64,000 bases of DNA from positions 4,588,001 to 4,652,000 of the forward strand of contig CM035360.1 in the NCBI GenBank assembly GCA_020137815.1, given 5' to 3'. The DNA comes from Hormiphora californensis (lineage: Eukaryota > Animalia > Ctenophora). This document shows, in pieces, positions 39,572-53,000 of this stretch (position 1 is its first letter; the number at the start of each line of letters is the position of its first letter). The translations under genes and the position numbers were made by a program. Under the pieces are notes generated by a model, which made no database searches, had not been told where the DNA came from, and saw nothing but the letters and a program-made list of their open reading frames with translations.

Positions 39572-40778
39572 ATCGAAATAGGTAGACATGTGTTGTTTTC
39601 TTTAAACTCTATGCCAGCTGTTGAGCTATATATTTGAATAGGTTTTAAATTATATGTTTTGATATGAGCATGTTTACCTTTTTTGCGAGCCACCGAAGAC
39701 AGAGCGTTGTTTTTTTTCAAATGTGGTTAAATTGTTTATTTACGCATGTTTGTTTTTCTGTTGTTCATGACCGAATATTCCACTACCTTCCCTACCCTGT
39801 AAACTATAACTGTCAGAGCATTTGCCTGGCCCTATTCTCATAGTGGTTAGAACGTTGGCCTGACCTGTCTGGCGGTGCCATAGCCCAATTTGATTCTCAG
39901 ATGGGGTTGGCGGCGCCAGACAGGGCCTGACAGTGCAGAACTATAACAGCATCACCTTCCCCCCACGACCATTCTAATTTTTCAGCGAGTTTGATATTGT
40001 AAATGTATGCTTTTTGTAATACAAGTTTTGAATTTTGTTCACAATTTAAAATTGGAAGCGTTTGAAATTTGTCTGGTTATCCCAACCCCGACCCAAGTGG
40101 TGAATGCCAAAGGCATTTGAGTTTTTCTTCATCGCAACAATTGTTCTCTCCCAGTCCCACAGTTGACGGTTCAAAAAGAGATATTCTGGATATTTTCCTG
40201 GTTGGTCTGTTTGGCGACGACGATAGATAGATCCCGATTGGTAACCCAGAGAGACAGGCACAGAGAGTGACAGAAAATAGACAGAGTAAAGAGTGAGAGA
40301 TCAGCCTGACCTGTTTTACAATTGATGTAAATCATTTTTTTCTAGTGTAGAGCTATACAGATCTAAGAGGGAGAGTAGAGTTAGATGGATAGCGACTAGC
40401 GAGAGAGATAGAGAGATAGAGGGAAGAGAGGTAAAGAGAGGCACTTCAGAAGAGTTAGATGGACTCTCTCCCCTTCTCTGATCGCTACCCATCTAACTCT
40501 TCTCTCCCTATAACGGTCTCTCCATGTCTCTCCCTAATTCTCCCGTATATGCGTTTCTTCCTCCAGTATAGATCTCTCCATCTCTCTCTGGTTTGCCTCA
40601 ACTAATGGCGTTGTCTTCAGGTCTTCACGTGCTCCACGCCACTCCAGTCTTCAATTCCAAGTGATCGTTGTGTTTGTCCTATCTCCTGTCAAGCCAATGC
40701 TCTGACCACAGTTCTCGCGCGAGAGAAACGAGAATGGGTCAGGCCAATGCTCTGACAGCCTATCTCCGAAAAGCCAAA

Positions 40779-42211
40779 ATGTGGATTTTTCTGTTTTCCA
40801 TTTTATTGCCACTCATGGCGCCTGAAGGTGAGAATAAGATTGGAAGTTAGCTGTATGACGGCGCCATACCCCATTTGATTCTCAAATGACAATTGACAGT
40901 GCGCTCAGATGGGGTCGCGGAACCAGACAGGAAGTTAAGGCAGGTGTTTTTTGTTGAAAATTAATGCAAACCTGCCTGTGGCAGTTCCTGATGGTGGGGG
41001 GTGGGTGTTGGGGGGTAGGGGGTGGGTGTTGGGGGGGGGGGTAGGGGGCTACCCTAGTGCCGGCGATATCGCTTTGTTGAAAATTTGTCTGGCGCTGTAT
41101 GGCGGCGCCCATACCCCAATTTGATGGGGTCGGCGGCGCCAGACAGGTCTGGCGCCGCGGACCATATCTGAGCTAGACATGTTCCCAATCTGTCGGCTCA
41201 CGAGCCGACGGAGGCGATATTCATCGCACAAACGACAGACTGCGTAGAATGGTAAATCCGAGCGAACTCTCAATCAAATCGGAGTTTGGCGCTGCGGCCA
41301 GACAGTTGAAAATCGTGTGTCTTGCATGTGTTAGCTCTATGATGGAAGTTTCCAAACAATTATTTTAGGAATTTTAAAGTGTTTTCTCTAAACAATATCA
41401 TCCCATTTCAGTAACATGGATTCCAGTGGTACGAGATAAAAGGATTGAGTTCGATCTTGATAACACCCCAATTCAAATCAAAACCAACTCCACTGCCGGG
41501 AGCGGAGACATCATTCGGCTTAAAACATACGTAGAAAAGGGCAGTGGTATCGGGAGCGGTGATGTGTGGATAGAATTCACATTACCTGTGAAATACTTCA
41601 TAACCAGTTGCTCTGATTGGGCCATACTACCAGTACAACCACCAGAGGAAGTGGACAAGATTTGGACAATTCGGAAAACGATAACTAACTTCTACATAGA
41701 GTGCAATGCGGTGGAGGTTCTGGACTATCAGTTCAATAAGAGTATTGATACTCATTGTGTACCAAGGTGGGCCTGGGAAGGAGATGTTGTGAAGGATATT
41801 AAGTTCGCTAATAAGGACACCGCATCGGACAGCTACCGGGCTGTAGGTAATGACTAATTGACTAATTTCATGACTTCACTGTCAGAGCATTGGCCTGACC
41901 CTAGTGTTCTCATTTCGGCCTGACAGTGACTTCATGTATAATTGACTTATTGTTATTATGTACAGTATAAACTATGAAAATGGTTGAGTTGAATACCTCT
42001 AACCTTTATCATTTTGAATATCCACTCTATCCATCAGCGTGCCCCGGGTTCACCGTGAATGGGTCAGTACAAGGAAGTTGGAACGATACTGATCCTGGAC
42101 AGACGGTGACCATCAACTGCCAGAAGAAGCACGTATTACTGGGCAGCCCTGAGAGGACCTGTAATTCCGGCGCAGTGTGGAACAATGGCGCTCCTGCTTG
42201 TAAAAAACAAG
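40779..42211 (+). CDS. Secreted protein: signal peptide + ~145 aa beta-rich domain + sushi domain (3' end unresolved)
   Basis: Phase-1 exons 40779-40827 (MWIFLFSILLPLMAPE), 41412-41846 and 42038-42211 (CPGF..VTINC..RTC..WNNGAPAC). Confidence 0.7.
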
Positions 42212-42269
42212 GTATGTAGCTGGAAATATTTATGAAGGAGCAATGATTAGTACAATGATTAGTACAAGA

Positions 42270-43114
42270 AAAAAGAGTCATTGGAAAAACTAGAGAACAT
42301 TATCTCCGAAGTCGATGGACCACTCAGACGCCAAATTGAAGATCTCAGGCAGCCGGGAACTTCTAGTTGGCTCACCACTCTGCCCATCAGAGAGTATGGA
42401 TTTGTCCTGAACAAGCAGGAGTTCAAAGATGCGTTAGCCATAAGGTACATGCTCCCACTTGCTGATATCAGTGAGACATGCGGCTGTGGGGAATCAGCTA
42501 CTATTGAACACTTGTTATCGTGCATGCGTGGTGGATACACAAATGCTAGACACAACCAGGTCCGAGACATCACCGCAATAATGATGAAAAATTCCGGATG
42601 CGGGGACGTAAAGATCGAGCCAACACTGTTGCCCCTGACTGGAGAGGAACTAAATAAAAACAGCAACACTAGGGAAATGGCAAGACTGGACGTGTCTGGA
42701 AGAAATTTCTGGTCTAAGGGAGACAAGATCTTTGCGGACATCCGTATATTTAACTCGTTGGCACCAACAAATCAAATCAACACCATCGAGAAAACCGCGG
42801 AGATCCATGAAGGTCAGAAGAAAAGGGCCTATGGGGAGAGAATCCTAAATGTGGAACGAGCTACCTTCACCCCACTTGTGTTCTCAACAATCGGAACATT
42901 CGGACCAGAAGCAGAGCGGTTCTACAAGCGTCTGGCTGGCCTGTACTCGGTTAAGTCAAAACAAAGCTACAATGACGCCATTAGATACATTAGATTACGA
43001 TTATCATTTTGCATCCTCAAATCAGTACTAATTCAAATTCGAGGCTACCGAGGGTCTCTCCCATTCTATCCTGATCTAATAGATATGAATCTAGTACCTC
43101 TATTCCTTTTATAA
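42270..43114 (+). mobile_element. 5'-truncated CRE-like non-LTR retrotransposon (zinc knuckle + restriction-like endonuclease)
   Basis: WLTTLP, CGCG...HLLSC, RHNQVRD, ARLDV...DIRI...E.QKKRAY and FTPLVFST.G are motifs typical of CRE-clade C-termini. Confidence 0.75.
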
Positions 43115-43329
43115 ATCACGTTATTAGTATAACCTATTTCTATCTATTATGCGAGATGTTGTATAACATGACATTGTAAATTTGTTTTATCTTTTCTTTA
43201 CCCGGTACGATCATCGCGTAACTGACAACGACGACAATCATCATGATCCATCATCCATCAATCATCCAATCGCATAGTGTAGTTATTATAGAGACTAACA
43301 TAGATATTCAGTGATAATTATTTGACCAG

Positions 43330-43650
43330 GGGTGGCGGGGGCTGCTGGTAGTACCTAGTAGCTGGTGGCTGTAGGTGGCGGGGGCTGCTGGTAGTACCTA
43401 GTAGCTGGTAGCTGCCAGCTGGTAGCTGTAGGTGGTGGGGGCTGCTGGTAGTAGTACCTAGTAGCTGGTAGCTGTAGGTGACTAGGTGGCGGGGGGCTGC
43501 TGGTAGTAGTAGCTGGTGGCTGTAGGTGGCGGGGCTGCTGGTAGTACCTAGTAGCTGGTAGCTGCCAGCTGGTAGCTGTAGGTGGCGGGGCTGCTGGTAG
43601 TACCTAGTAGCTGGTAGCTGCCAGCTGGTAGCTCTAGGTGGCGGGGCTGT
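43330..43650. repeat. GC-rich tandem repeat
   Basis: Unit ~GGTGGCGGGGGCTGCTGGTAGTACCTAGTAGCTGGTAGCTGTA. Confidence 0.88.
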
Positions 43651-45158
43651 TGGATTCGGTCGAGTACCGATGGAGAATGGAGATGGAGAATGGAGATGGA
43701 GGGGTAGTTAAAACTACCAAGCATTGTTGAGTAACCCCTGGAAGACCATTCTTCCCCTAACGGCTAACAATTAACCAAGCCTGAAGAAACTCAGCACATC
43801 TCTAATTTTTCCTACTGATCAATTAATACCCGTACAATTATAGTGACCCGCCATTATACTTGCCCAATCTATTTCCCCGACCCCACATGTACATGCACAG
43901 CATGATTAACTGTCTGGCGGCAGCCGCAACAGCAGTGGGCGCTCAGATTTGTCAGGCCAATGCTCTGACCACAGTTATCGATGAGAATAGGGTGATCAGT
44001 GATCAGGCCATTGGCCAATGCTCTGACAGGCTCAGATCGGGTTGGCACCCGCTGGGCAGTCAACCGCAGGTTTGTCTTGAGATGTAGGGCGCGGGGCAGT
44101 TATTGTGCAACAAGTACAGCGCGCGCTGAATACCGTGGGAATAATTTCTCGAGCGTGGAACAACTGCACCAATGTTCTTGACATGACATGTTCCCACTGG
44201 GAATCCCAGTCTGGCAGCTCTCACATCGGTCTTTCGGCCCCCTGGTTTTGATAGCACAATAGCAATCCGCCCATTTTCACGCTTACCCAATCTGAAATAA
44301 AAATGTTATATTGAAATTCGTTGAAAGATGAATAGTTGAGAGAGATAAGGATCGGCTGATTGTTTATTAGCTGCATAATCAGTGAGGAAGTTTAGTTTTC
44401 TCCTTCCGGCTGTACAAAATGAGTAGACGGGTTTTATTGTAGAAGAACGCAGTAAAACTAAACTTCCTCCAAAATGAATCATTGTATCATTAGGTCGTAT
44501 TTGAGGTTGTATTTGAGGTTGTATTTGAGGTTGTATTTGAGGTTGTATTTGAGGAATATATCGGTTACCGGGAAGCTCTCTAATAACCTCTCGAGAAAAG
44601 CACCCTCATGGGCCGTACATGTTATGTCTCATGCCTACAAAAACAGATAATATTACCACTCCTTATCTGCTACTTAATGCAATAAATTAGTGAACTTGTG
44701 CTGAAACGTCACAACTTATCGAAGACACCTCACACTTCACAGCCTTCGTTTGGCGCGCTTCGCGTGCCGGCAAGGGAGGGGTAACTTCGTTACCAAACAA
44801 CTTACCGCTGTCTCAGCTCCCCAAACAGCTACAAAGAACCCTTCTAGTTGGAAACCACTTTCAATATATCAGTCTCTAGCTCCCACTATCTTTAGTTTCT
44901 CTCTTACTACAGGGTATACGGTTACGGTTGGCCGCGTGAAAGATAAATGGCGTCAACAATTCACTGTCCAGGTGCTGCAGCACCAGATAACTCTCTCACA
45001 GTTCTTAGTAAGTTGAGTTTGTTGTTGTCTTATGTCTGTCATAAATCATAATTTGTATTTTGCTTTTATTTATGTTCCTAATTAGTAATTGATATATGAA
45101 AAGTTTATAAACAACATGTGGGATGGGGTGATGGTGAGGCGAGATGCGGGACCCCGGT

Positions 45159-45202
<44 letters not shown>

Positions 45203-45217
45203 GAGAGAAAGAGAGAA

Positions 45218-45267
<50 letters not shown>

Positions 45268-45660
45268 AGTTGGTCCACCTGCCACCACCTCCGATCGGTT
45301 TCCCCCGGGCAACGGGGTCACACGGAGTACCTTTTTCCCCATCCCCTTTTCCCCCTGTTCGATTTCCAGGTCCGTGTGGCCGCGGCTGAGCGTGGCTGTG
45401 TATCAGAAATACGGAAAAAAATCAGAAAATACAAAATACAAAAACATCTTGGCAAGGCGGCCCACAGTGTATTATCGCCAACTATTATGTTCCTACCCCG
45501 CCTTCTCCGGCTCAGGGTTACCAGTGGAACAGGCATCTTCCAGCCAACTGTGGACCCCCAACGCCCCCTTTATCCGCTAACCAACACTGTTTTTGTTCTA
45601 CTAGCCCCCCTATCCCACTTCTTCCATTTTTGATAGGGTTCTACATCGGAGATGATTATT

Positions 45661-46328
45661 TGGAACGGGGTGGCTGTCCTCTCTGGAGCGGGGTCAGCTG
45701 TCTTTACTGGAGCGGGGTCGGCTGTCCTTACTGGAGCGGGGTCAGCCGTCCTCTCTGGAGCGGGGTGGCTGTCCTCTCTGGAACGGGGTCAGCTGTCTTT
45801 ACTGGAGCGGGGTCAGCTGTCCTTACTGGAGCGGGGTCAGCTGTCTTTACTGGAACGGGGTCAGCTGTCCTTACTGGAACGGGGTCAGCTGTCCTCTCTG
45901 GAACGGGGTGGCTGTCTTCTCTGGAACGGGGTGGCTGTCTTTTCTGGATCGGGGTCAGCTGTCCTTACTGGAGCGGGGCCAGCTGTCTTTACTGGAACGG
46001 GGTCAGCTGTCCTTACTGGAACGGGGTCAGCTGTCCTCTCTGGAACGGGGTGGCTGTCCTCTCTGGAACGGGGTCAGCTGTCTTTACTGGAACGGGGTCA
46101 GCTGTCCTTACTGGAGCGGGGTCAGCTGTCTTCTCTGGAACGGGGTGGCTGTCTTCTCTGGAACGGGGTCAGCTGGCTTCTCTGGAACGGGGTCAGCTGA
46201 CTTTTCTGGAACGGGGTCAGCTGGCTTCTCTGGAGCGGGGTCAGCTGGCTTCTCTGGAGCGGGGTTGGCTGTCTTCTCTGGAGCGGGGTCAGCTGGCTTC
46301 TCTGGAACGGGCTGGCTGTCCTCTCTGG
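45661..46328. repeat. ~23-bp minisatellite
   Basis: Unit CTGGAACGGGGTCAGCTGTCCTTA and variants. Confidence 0.92.
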
Positions 46329-46740
46329 CTCGACATGTAATCATCATCCATTTGTGTTATTTTTTTTTCGCTCGAACCCGTTCCTGCTTGTTTTAGGCTG
46401 CCTTAGATTCAGACGGTTTGCTTCTTCAGTTCCTGATAAGTTGTCTCTTCTTAGAATTCATTGTAGCAGATTGGGCTTCTTTGCAGATAGTTTAGGAGGT
46501 CTTGTGCTCCGTCACCATGAGCTTTAATCCCACTTTACTTCCCCCTTTTTAAAATCATCCCCTTTCCTTAACCCATATGTACATTGTTAAATTTACCCGT
46601 ATGTACATTGTTCTACCTACCCTACCTTTACTCCGCAGGCCCTCCGGGCCCTCAGATCCAACAGGATCCGGGTCCGGGGGATTTAACCCTGCTCTCGCAT
46701 GGGGCCTCACGGCCCCATGTGGGAGTGGTGCGTGTAGTGG

Positions 46741-46816
<76 letters not shown>

Positions 46817-46843
46817 GGAGAGAGAGAGAGAGAGAGTGAGAGG

Positions 46844-46899
<56 letters not shown>

Positions 46900-47044
46900 A
46901 GAACACTTGGTACGTGCCCTTAGGAACCGTCGGCTTGCCGCTCAAATGACCGATAAGCAATAAGCATTGATAACGAAAGGAAGAAAACTGAGAAGTTGTG
47001 AGATTTTAGTACTATACTACTCGCATTTCTGAGGATTTAAAAAG

Positions 47045-50000
47045 ATGATTTTGCTGTTTCCTGTTGTCCTCTTCCACATAGCTTTAGCAGGTAACAAGTT
47101 CTGTGATAACTATTAGTTGACAGTTGTGTGACAATGATTATAAGTTTTGACAAAATGCCAGTTTTCTGGGGGTGGCTTACCTAAAATTCTCACAGGTGTG
47201 GGAGCTGTTAACAGGCTTTGTACACTTCCAAAGAACGCGTTTGGAGTTCCCCTGACGGACGGGGCATGCCCGGCAGTGTACCAGGCATTTTGGATCGCGA
47301 AAACTGTCAGTTTTGTGGAGTTTACAACCTCTGATGGCTCTACAGCTCCATCGGTGACAAGTGATAATCATGTGTCATCCCTTACTACCACAGGTGGGTA
47401 CGCTATTGATTTGATGTTTGATAAAAACGGTTGCCATGGTCGTGAAATAATGCTATTGTGGTACCTGTACTTGTACGAAATACGAATGAAGAAAATAATG
47501 AATGAAATGAATATCAAATTATCGCTCCTATAGGTTCTTCTGTTAAGTTGGAGCTCTGTTTCACTAACGGGAAGCCCACTAGCGATTATCAACTAGGAGG
47601 AACACACTGCACTCTAACCAAGATCTTCGCAACCTGTCTTGGTACCACCGAGACTCTCACCATTGACGCTCCCGATTTAAAATTCACCTGTGGAACTGCA
47701 AACGGTTAGTCTCAATTTTAGCAGCACCAAATCCCAATATAACACTTGTTCACTGCTTCAGATTTACAAATTGAAATCTACAAATTGAAATCTACAACAT
47801 CTGTTACAATTTCTCCTCCATGCAGATTGGTGTAGTGACGGGCAAAATGGGAAACTAGAGATAAAGTTGTGCTGTTTTAACTCTGCTGCCCATAATGGTA
47901 AGCCACCAGTCATGAATGAATTGTCTGGCGCCGCGACCCCATTTGACCCGCCAGACAGTGAATGAACAAAGTTCCGTGAACCATTCGTTCTACACATATC
48001 ACGTCAAGTTGGTTTTTATATGGCATTCGTAAGCCCGACTGTTACAATATAAGCACCCTTGTACAATTGCAGATGTACAGGATATACGAATTGAAGACAA
48101 GGTGACTCTGGTTCGATCTGGTGGGAAATGTCAGGAACTTGCCGCCATGAAATGGACCCCTGGTCACATCACCATTGGGGCATCCTCTGTCACGGCCAGT
48201 TCTAAAATGGTAAACAATCAAAGTGTTTTGTAGAATTTAAATCGTTATTCGAATTGCTGTAAATTTTACCATGCCTTCGAATAAAAAAGGGGTTTAATTC
48301 GGTTTACCTGGTCTTAGCCAAGTTGCACTGTTAGCACAGTGATGGGGAAAGATATCGGTATTCGGTGGGGAGAGGGGGTTCAATATTGGAATTGCCGCGG
48401 TAACAATATCACTTATATTTCCTTGCCTAGTTAGAACAAAACAAATATTTCTGCAGGGTATGGTTGATTACACCTTAGCTGGAAGCACATCAGTCAGACT
48501 GGAGTTGTGTCACTATGAAAAAGGTAACAAACTACGGTCGGACCCCGATTTACCGGGAAAACCCCGGCCCTTTCACCCGAGCATCCCGGTAAATCGGGGT
48601 CCGACTGTATATTATAATTGTTTTATCTGGTACCGATTCGCTTTTCCGAAATTGAAAACTGCAGGGGAAGCTGCTGCAGCTATTGTTTCATAACTGTTTG
48701 GTAACATAGACACCTGGCGCGACCCCCGTGTCTATGTTACCAATATAACTGTATAGTCTCCATCCTTTCCAGTAAAGTGTCCGTATAACGAACCAGGATC
48801 GACTATGGCCATAAACCTGAAATGTGACACAGGGAAAAGTCTCCAAACTTGGGCCTGTAAGGTGAGTATTCAGCAGGAACCGCGCTGTCCACTTGTACCA
48901 ATATCATAGTCGTAAGAGTACCTATAGCTGCTTCAGATGATTATATTTTAATCACTTTTCACCCCAATCAGCCCGGTTATACGTGGACAGATGGTGGTAC
49001 TGGTAGTTATGAGACGTTCTGCCAGGGCGATGGGACCTTTGTGAACGATAAACTTCACTGTGCAAGTAGGTACCCAATTTTATAACCACGCTTCACAACC
49101 CCGTCACTCGATTGACCAGTTTTTGGTAACTATGGTTACCAATTTTTTATCCTTTCTATGCAGCTGCGTCCCTGCTAATTTAAGTCATCCCATCTGCACA
49201 GAACCGTGCTCTGATCCAGGACAAGTTGACAATGCAACACGGACCGGTGGGACAACCTACTACTCGACACTCTCCTACACCTGCCAGGTAAGCACCTATA
49301 TTCAAATCTTTTTGGTTAACGTCCTAGGTTGACATTCCAATTGTATTTTACAGTTTTTAGGCAGGGAGTTTCTATTCTATGTCTATTTCTATGCTTTTCA
49401 GGCAGGCAGTTACATGACAGGAGGGGGGAAGTTTTACTGTAACTTTGATGGAACGTGGAATACTACTACTCTACCAACATGCACGCACGGTAGGTGATCA
49501 TATGGCACTACAGCTTTTCCTCTTTAGTTTCACCTTGCGATATTGCCATTTAGTTTCTAGCCCGTATCATTACTGATCACCACTATATTTTATCACGCTC
49601 TGTTCTACCCAATCAGATCACACACATGGAGCTCCAATGTGTGTTTAGATCTGTCTGGCGGCACCAGACCCCGATTTGATTCTAGACAGTGCACGCTCAG
49701 ATATTGGGGTCTGCGGCGCCAGACAGGTTCAGATTGGGTGCATGAAGAAGTCAAACGGCACATGCCATGGCTGTTCTGTCGTTCACAATATATTCTCTCC
49801 AGCTCTCCTTGCCTAGCTCGACAACTGTAAAGGAAGGGTTAGAACATATAATAACATATAATAACATATAATAACAATAATTACAATTCTCTCCCTGCAC
49901 AGTTGAATGCGGTGATCCACCTACAATTGGTAATGGAACAGTCACTCTTCCCACGAACTTAGTACTCGGACAAACAGCTACTTACAGGTGATTTAATTAT

Positions 50001-53000
50001 AGCTAATTAATTTAATTACGCGTAATTAGCTAATTAATTGGATTACTGTGGTTTGTGGGGAGTGAAACAATTGTTTTCTGTTAAAACACTCGTGTTTGTA
50101 TTTGTAATTAATTGAATTATGGAGTTAAGCTTGGATTTTAGAATCAGCTGCTTTATAACAAACAATCCATGGTAGCCATGGTTACCAACCATAGTTACCA
50201 ACTATAAATAATAAACTCAATTTCTCATTTCCGCAGTTGTTTGGAAGGTTGGTTGCCTGAAACCAATGACATGTCGGTTACTTGTGGAAGGGATGGTACG
50301 TGGTCAAGTAGTAGTGGATCATTGTACCCTCGCTGTGTTATTGTCAACTGTACAAACCCACAACCCGTGGATCATGCCACATTTAGTGTGCCTGTAAGTA
50401 AGGTCATTGGAGCTGAAAATAAGAATCTGCACAGCCTTCACCTAATTCAAGTTAACTTAGTTCCCCAAGCCTACTTGTATTGGTAGTATACCCATCTGTT
50501 TTTAATTGCGCACCATCCGATCCGAGTAACTTGATTTCCCAATTTCTACAGAGTGATCTGCCCTACGGTACTACCATCCCTATCACATGCGATGCCTGCT
50601 ACAACACCTCCCACCCCTCCCTAACCTGTCTCTCCAACGGAACGTGGTCCTCCACAACCTGCTCTCTCATCACCTGCCCCCTCTTCCCCGTCCCTTCCCA
50701 TGCTACCATAACAGGGGGTACCAACAATACCTCATATTGTGGGGAAACAGTGACAGTCAACTGTGACAGAAACTATCAACTAACAGGACAGAAAACAGTG
50801 GCATGCCAACTGGATGGATCATGGGAAACACCACCCTCCTGTTCCCCCATGTTGTGTTCCACCCTCATTCCTGTACCCCACGGGCGGTATAATAACACTG
50901 GTGAAGTTAGCCCTGGGACAGTGGGGCGGTTGAAGTGTGATGTTGGTTACGAGGGGGGAGGAACGGTGAAGTGTGATCAGGGGAGTTGGATGGTGACTGA
51001 AGGGAAGTTGGAGTGCGCTGGCAAGGGGTGTGTAGTGGAGGAGATCGAGGATGGAAGTTGGAATGGAGGGGAGCTGGTGGCTGGGGATAAGGTGGGCAGT
51101 GGAGAGAGTGTGGTTGGATCTTGCGATAAACACTTTGATCTTGTGGGTAAGAAATAATTGGTTTAAATTTTATTTATTTAATGGTCAGTGACCTATTTAT
51201 GTTTTAATATATTAGCACTCAAGGTATACTACATCTAAGAAAGCAACTGCTATAAATTTAACTTCCCATTTATCCAGATGGAACAAATACTACGGTTTGT
51301 GAGCTGGGAAATTGGACTGCCGAGATTGAGTGTTCTAGGGTTAGTTGTCCACCGCCCACCACTATTGTACAGCATCAGACACCATGGAGTTCCTCACAAG
51401 TTTACCAGGTATAGGACTTTGCCTATCTCGACCGACGACCCTCTTTTCGGGTTAGAACATAACAAGTAGGACTAGCTGTACTGTCAAACCATTTTTAATA
51501 CTTTCTCTTAATTGTCCAAATTACCTAAATCTAATTTTGAAATCTTTCCCATTGTCCCTAGGTAGACGTGGTCTACAACGCATCCTGTCACCATGGTTAC
51601 AACAGCAACATAACCGCATCCTGTGACGTCACGTCAGGTCTGTGGAGTGTCCACGGTGAATGTAGTGTTGTAATGTGCGGAGATCCACCCTTTTCTCCAT
51701 TCTCCACCCACAATGGAACAATGGGCCAGTTTTATCCGTGGAATACCACTCTGGAATACACGTGAGTAAATATGTTGTGAGATCAGTTTTTGTTGCCATA
51801 CGCAGCGTTGACCGTAGACTTTCGCCGTTTAAATTTCTTCTTATCTGGTAGTTTTATGAAGGAACAGTCCACTCCCCCTACTGATTGGGATTGTGAGTTT
51901 TATGAAGGAGTGTTCACTCAGACTGGCACGGTTAGTTTTATGAAGGAGCTATGTTGTTGCACATACATACAACCTGCTCTATCTGTAGAGGAAGAAGACA
52001 AAAATTTGATTGTTATTCTTTTTTAATAACTTTTCCCCCCAAAAAATTCATTGTTATGCGATGGGTGCGGCGAGTATTAAAGTTATCTTATCTTGAAATT
52101 TCTATATTAGGATTAATAAAAATTTTCAAACTTCAAATCAATGCCTCAACATGCAAGTATGCGATAGAGAATCTAAAAGATAACAACAAACAATAGTCTC
52201 TGTTTCAATTAAAAAGGTTGAGAAACAGCTAATATATTTCAAAATGATCATCACACTCGCCTGCTCCAACATGATCTTGTTCAACATATTATTGTTACCG
52301 CTTCCTGTCTCCATGGATACCTACTTTATAAACGCTGTCAATGGAGGCCCGCTTCCCGGAATTCCGAATCCCGACCTCGATCTGAACCCGCCAGAGATTG
52401 AAACTTGTAAAACAAGCATGAGTTTTCAGATCATCACTCGTATGGAACTCTACGGACCGGGTGCTGGGGACGGCTTTGTTATTATGAATCAGTCGAAACC
52501 CTTCAACAACAGGAAGGTTTTAATAAGATGCCCATACAACCCTGACGTTTTCTCGATGGCCCGCTTTTATATAACCTTCAGCCCCTTTCCTATCCTGCTA
52601 AAACAGCTCTCCATGCTATCCTACCCCGGCGAGGTCCAGTGCCGGGTGTCTGGAGATGACCCACAGTGTACTGGGATCAGTTCCTGTAAAACGGACGAAT
52701 GTGGATGTCATCATGGTTCACCAGTTGTTCACTGTCCCCTTGGTCCGGGTTGTATTCCCTTTCCTCAGGTGTGTGATGGTATACCCGACTGTGAGGGTGG
52801 ATCTGAGGAGTGTCTTTGTGAGGGGGTGGTTGAGGTGCGGTGTCTGGACTCCCAGGGATTCCGCACGTGCATGAGCCGAGATGAGATTTGTGGAATGAAG
52901 AAGGAGTGGAGGTATCTCAACTGCACTGGTTTTGATATTACGGAATGTCCCGATACAATCGGTGAGATACTGGACGCGGGGAAAAGTATCCTAGCCTCAT

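Noticed and set aside
40046-40210. Minus-strand peptide ending NAFGIHHLGRGW, reminiscent of a glycosyltransferase C-terminus
   Set aside because: The similarity is too short and I could not join any upstream exons in frame.
45630-46396. Overlapping repetitive ORFs (LERGQLSS, PEKPAD)
   Set aside because: They are products of a ~23-bp minisatellite with frequent frame changes.
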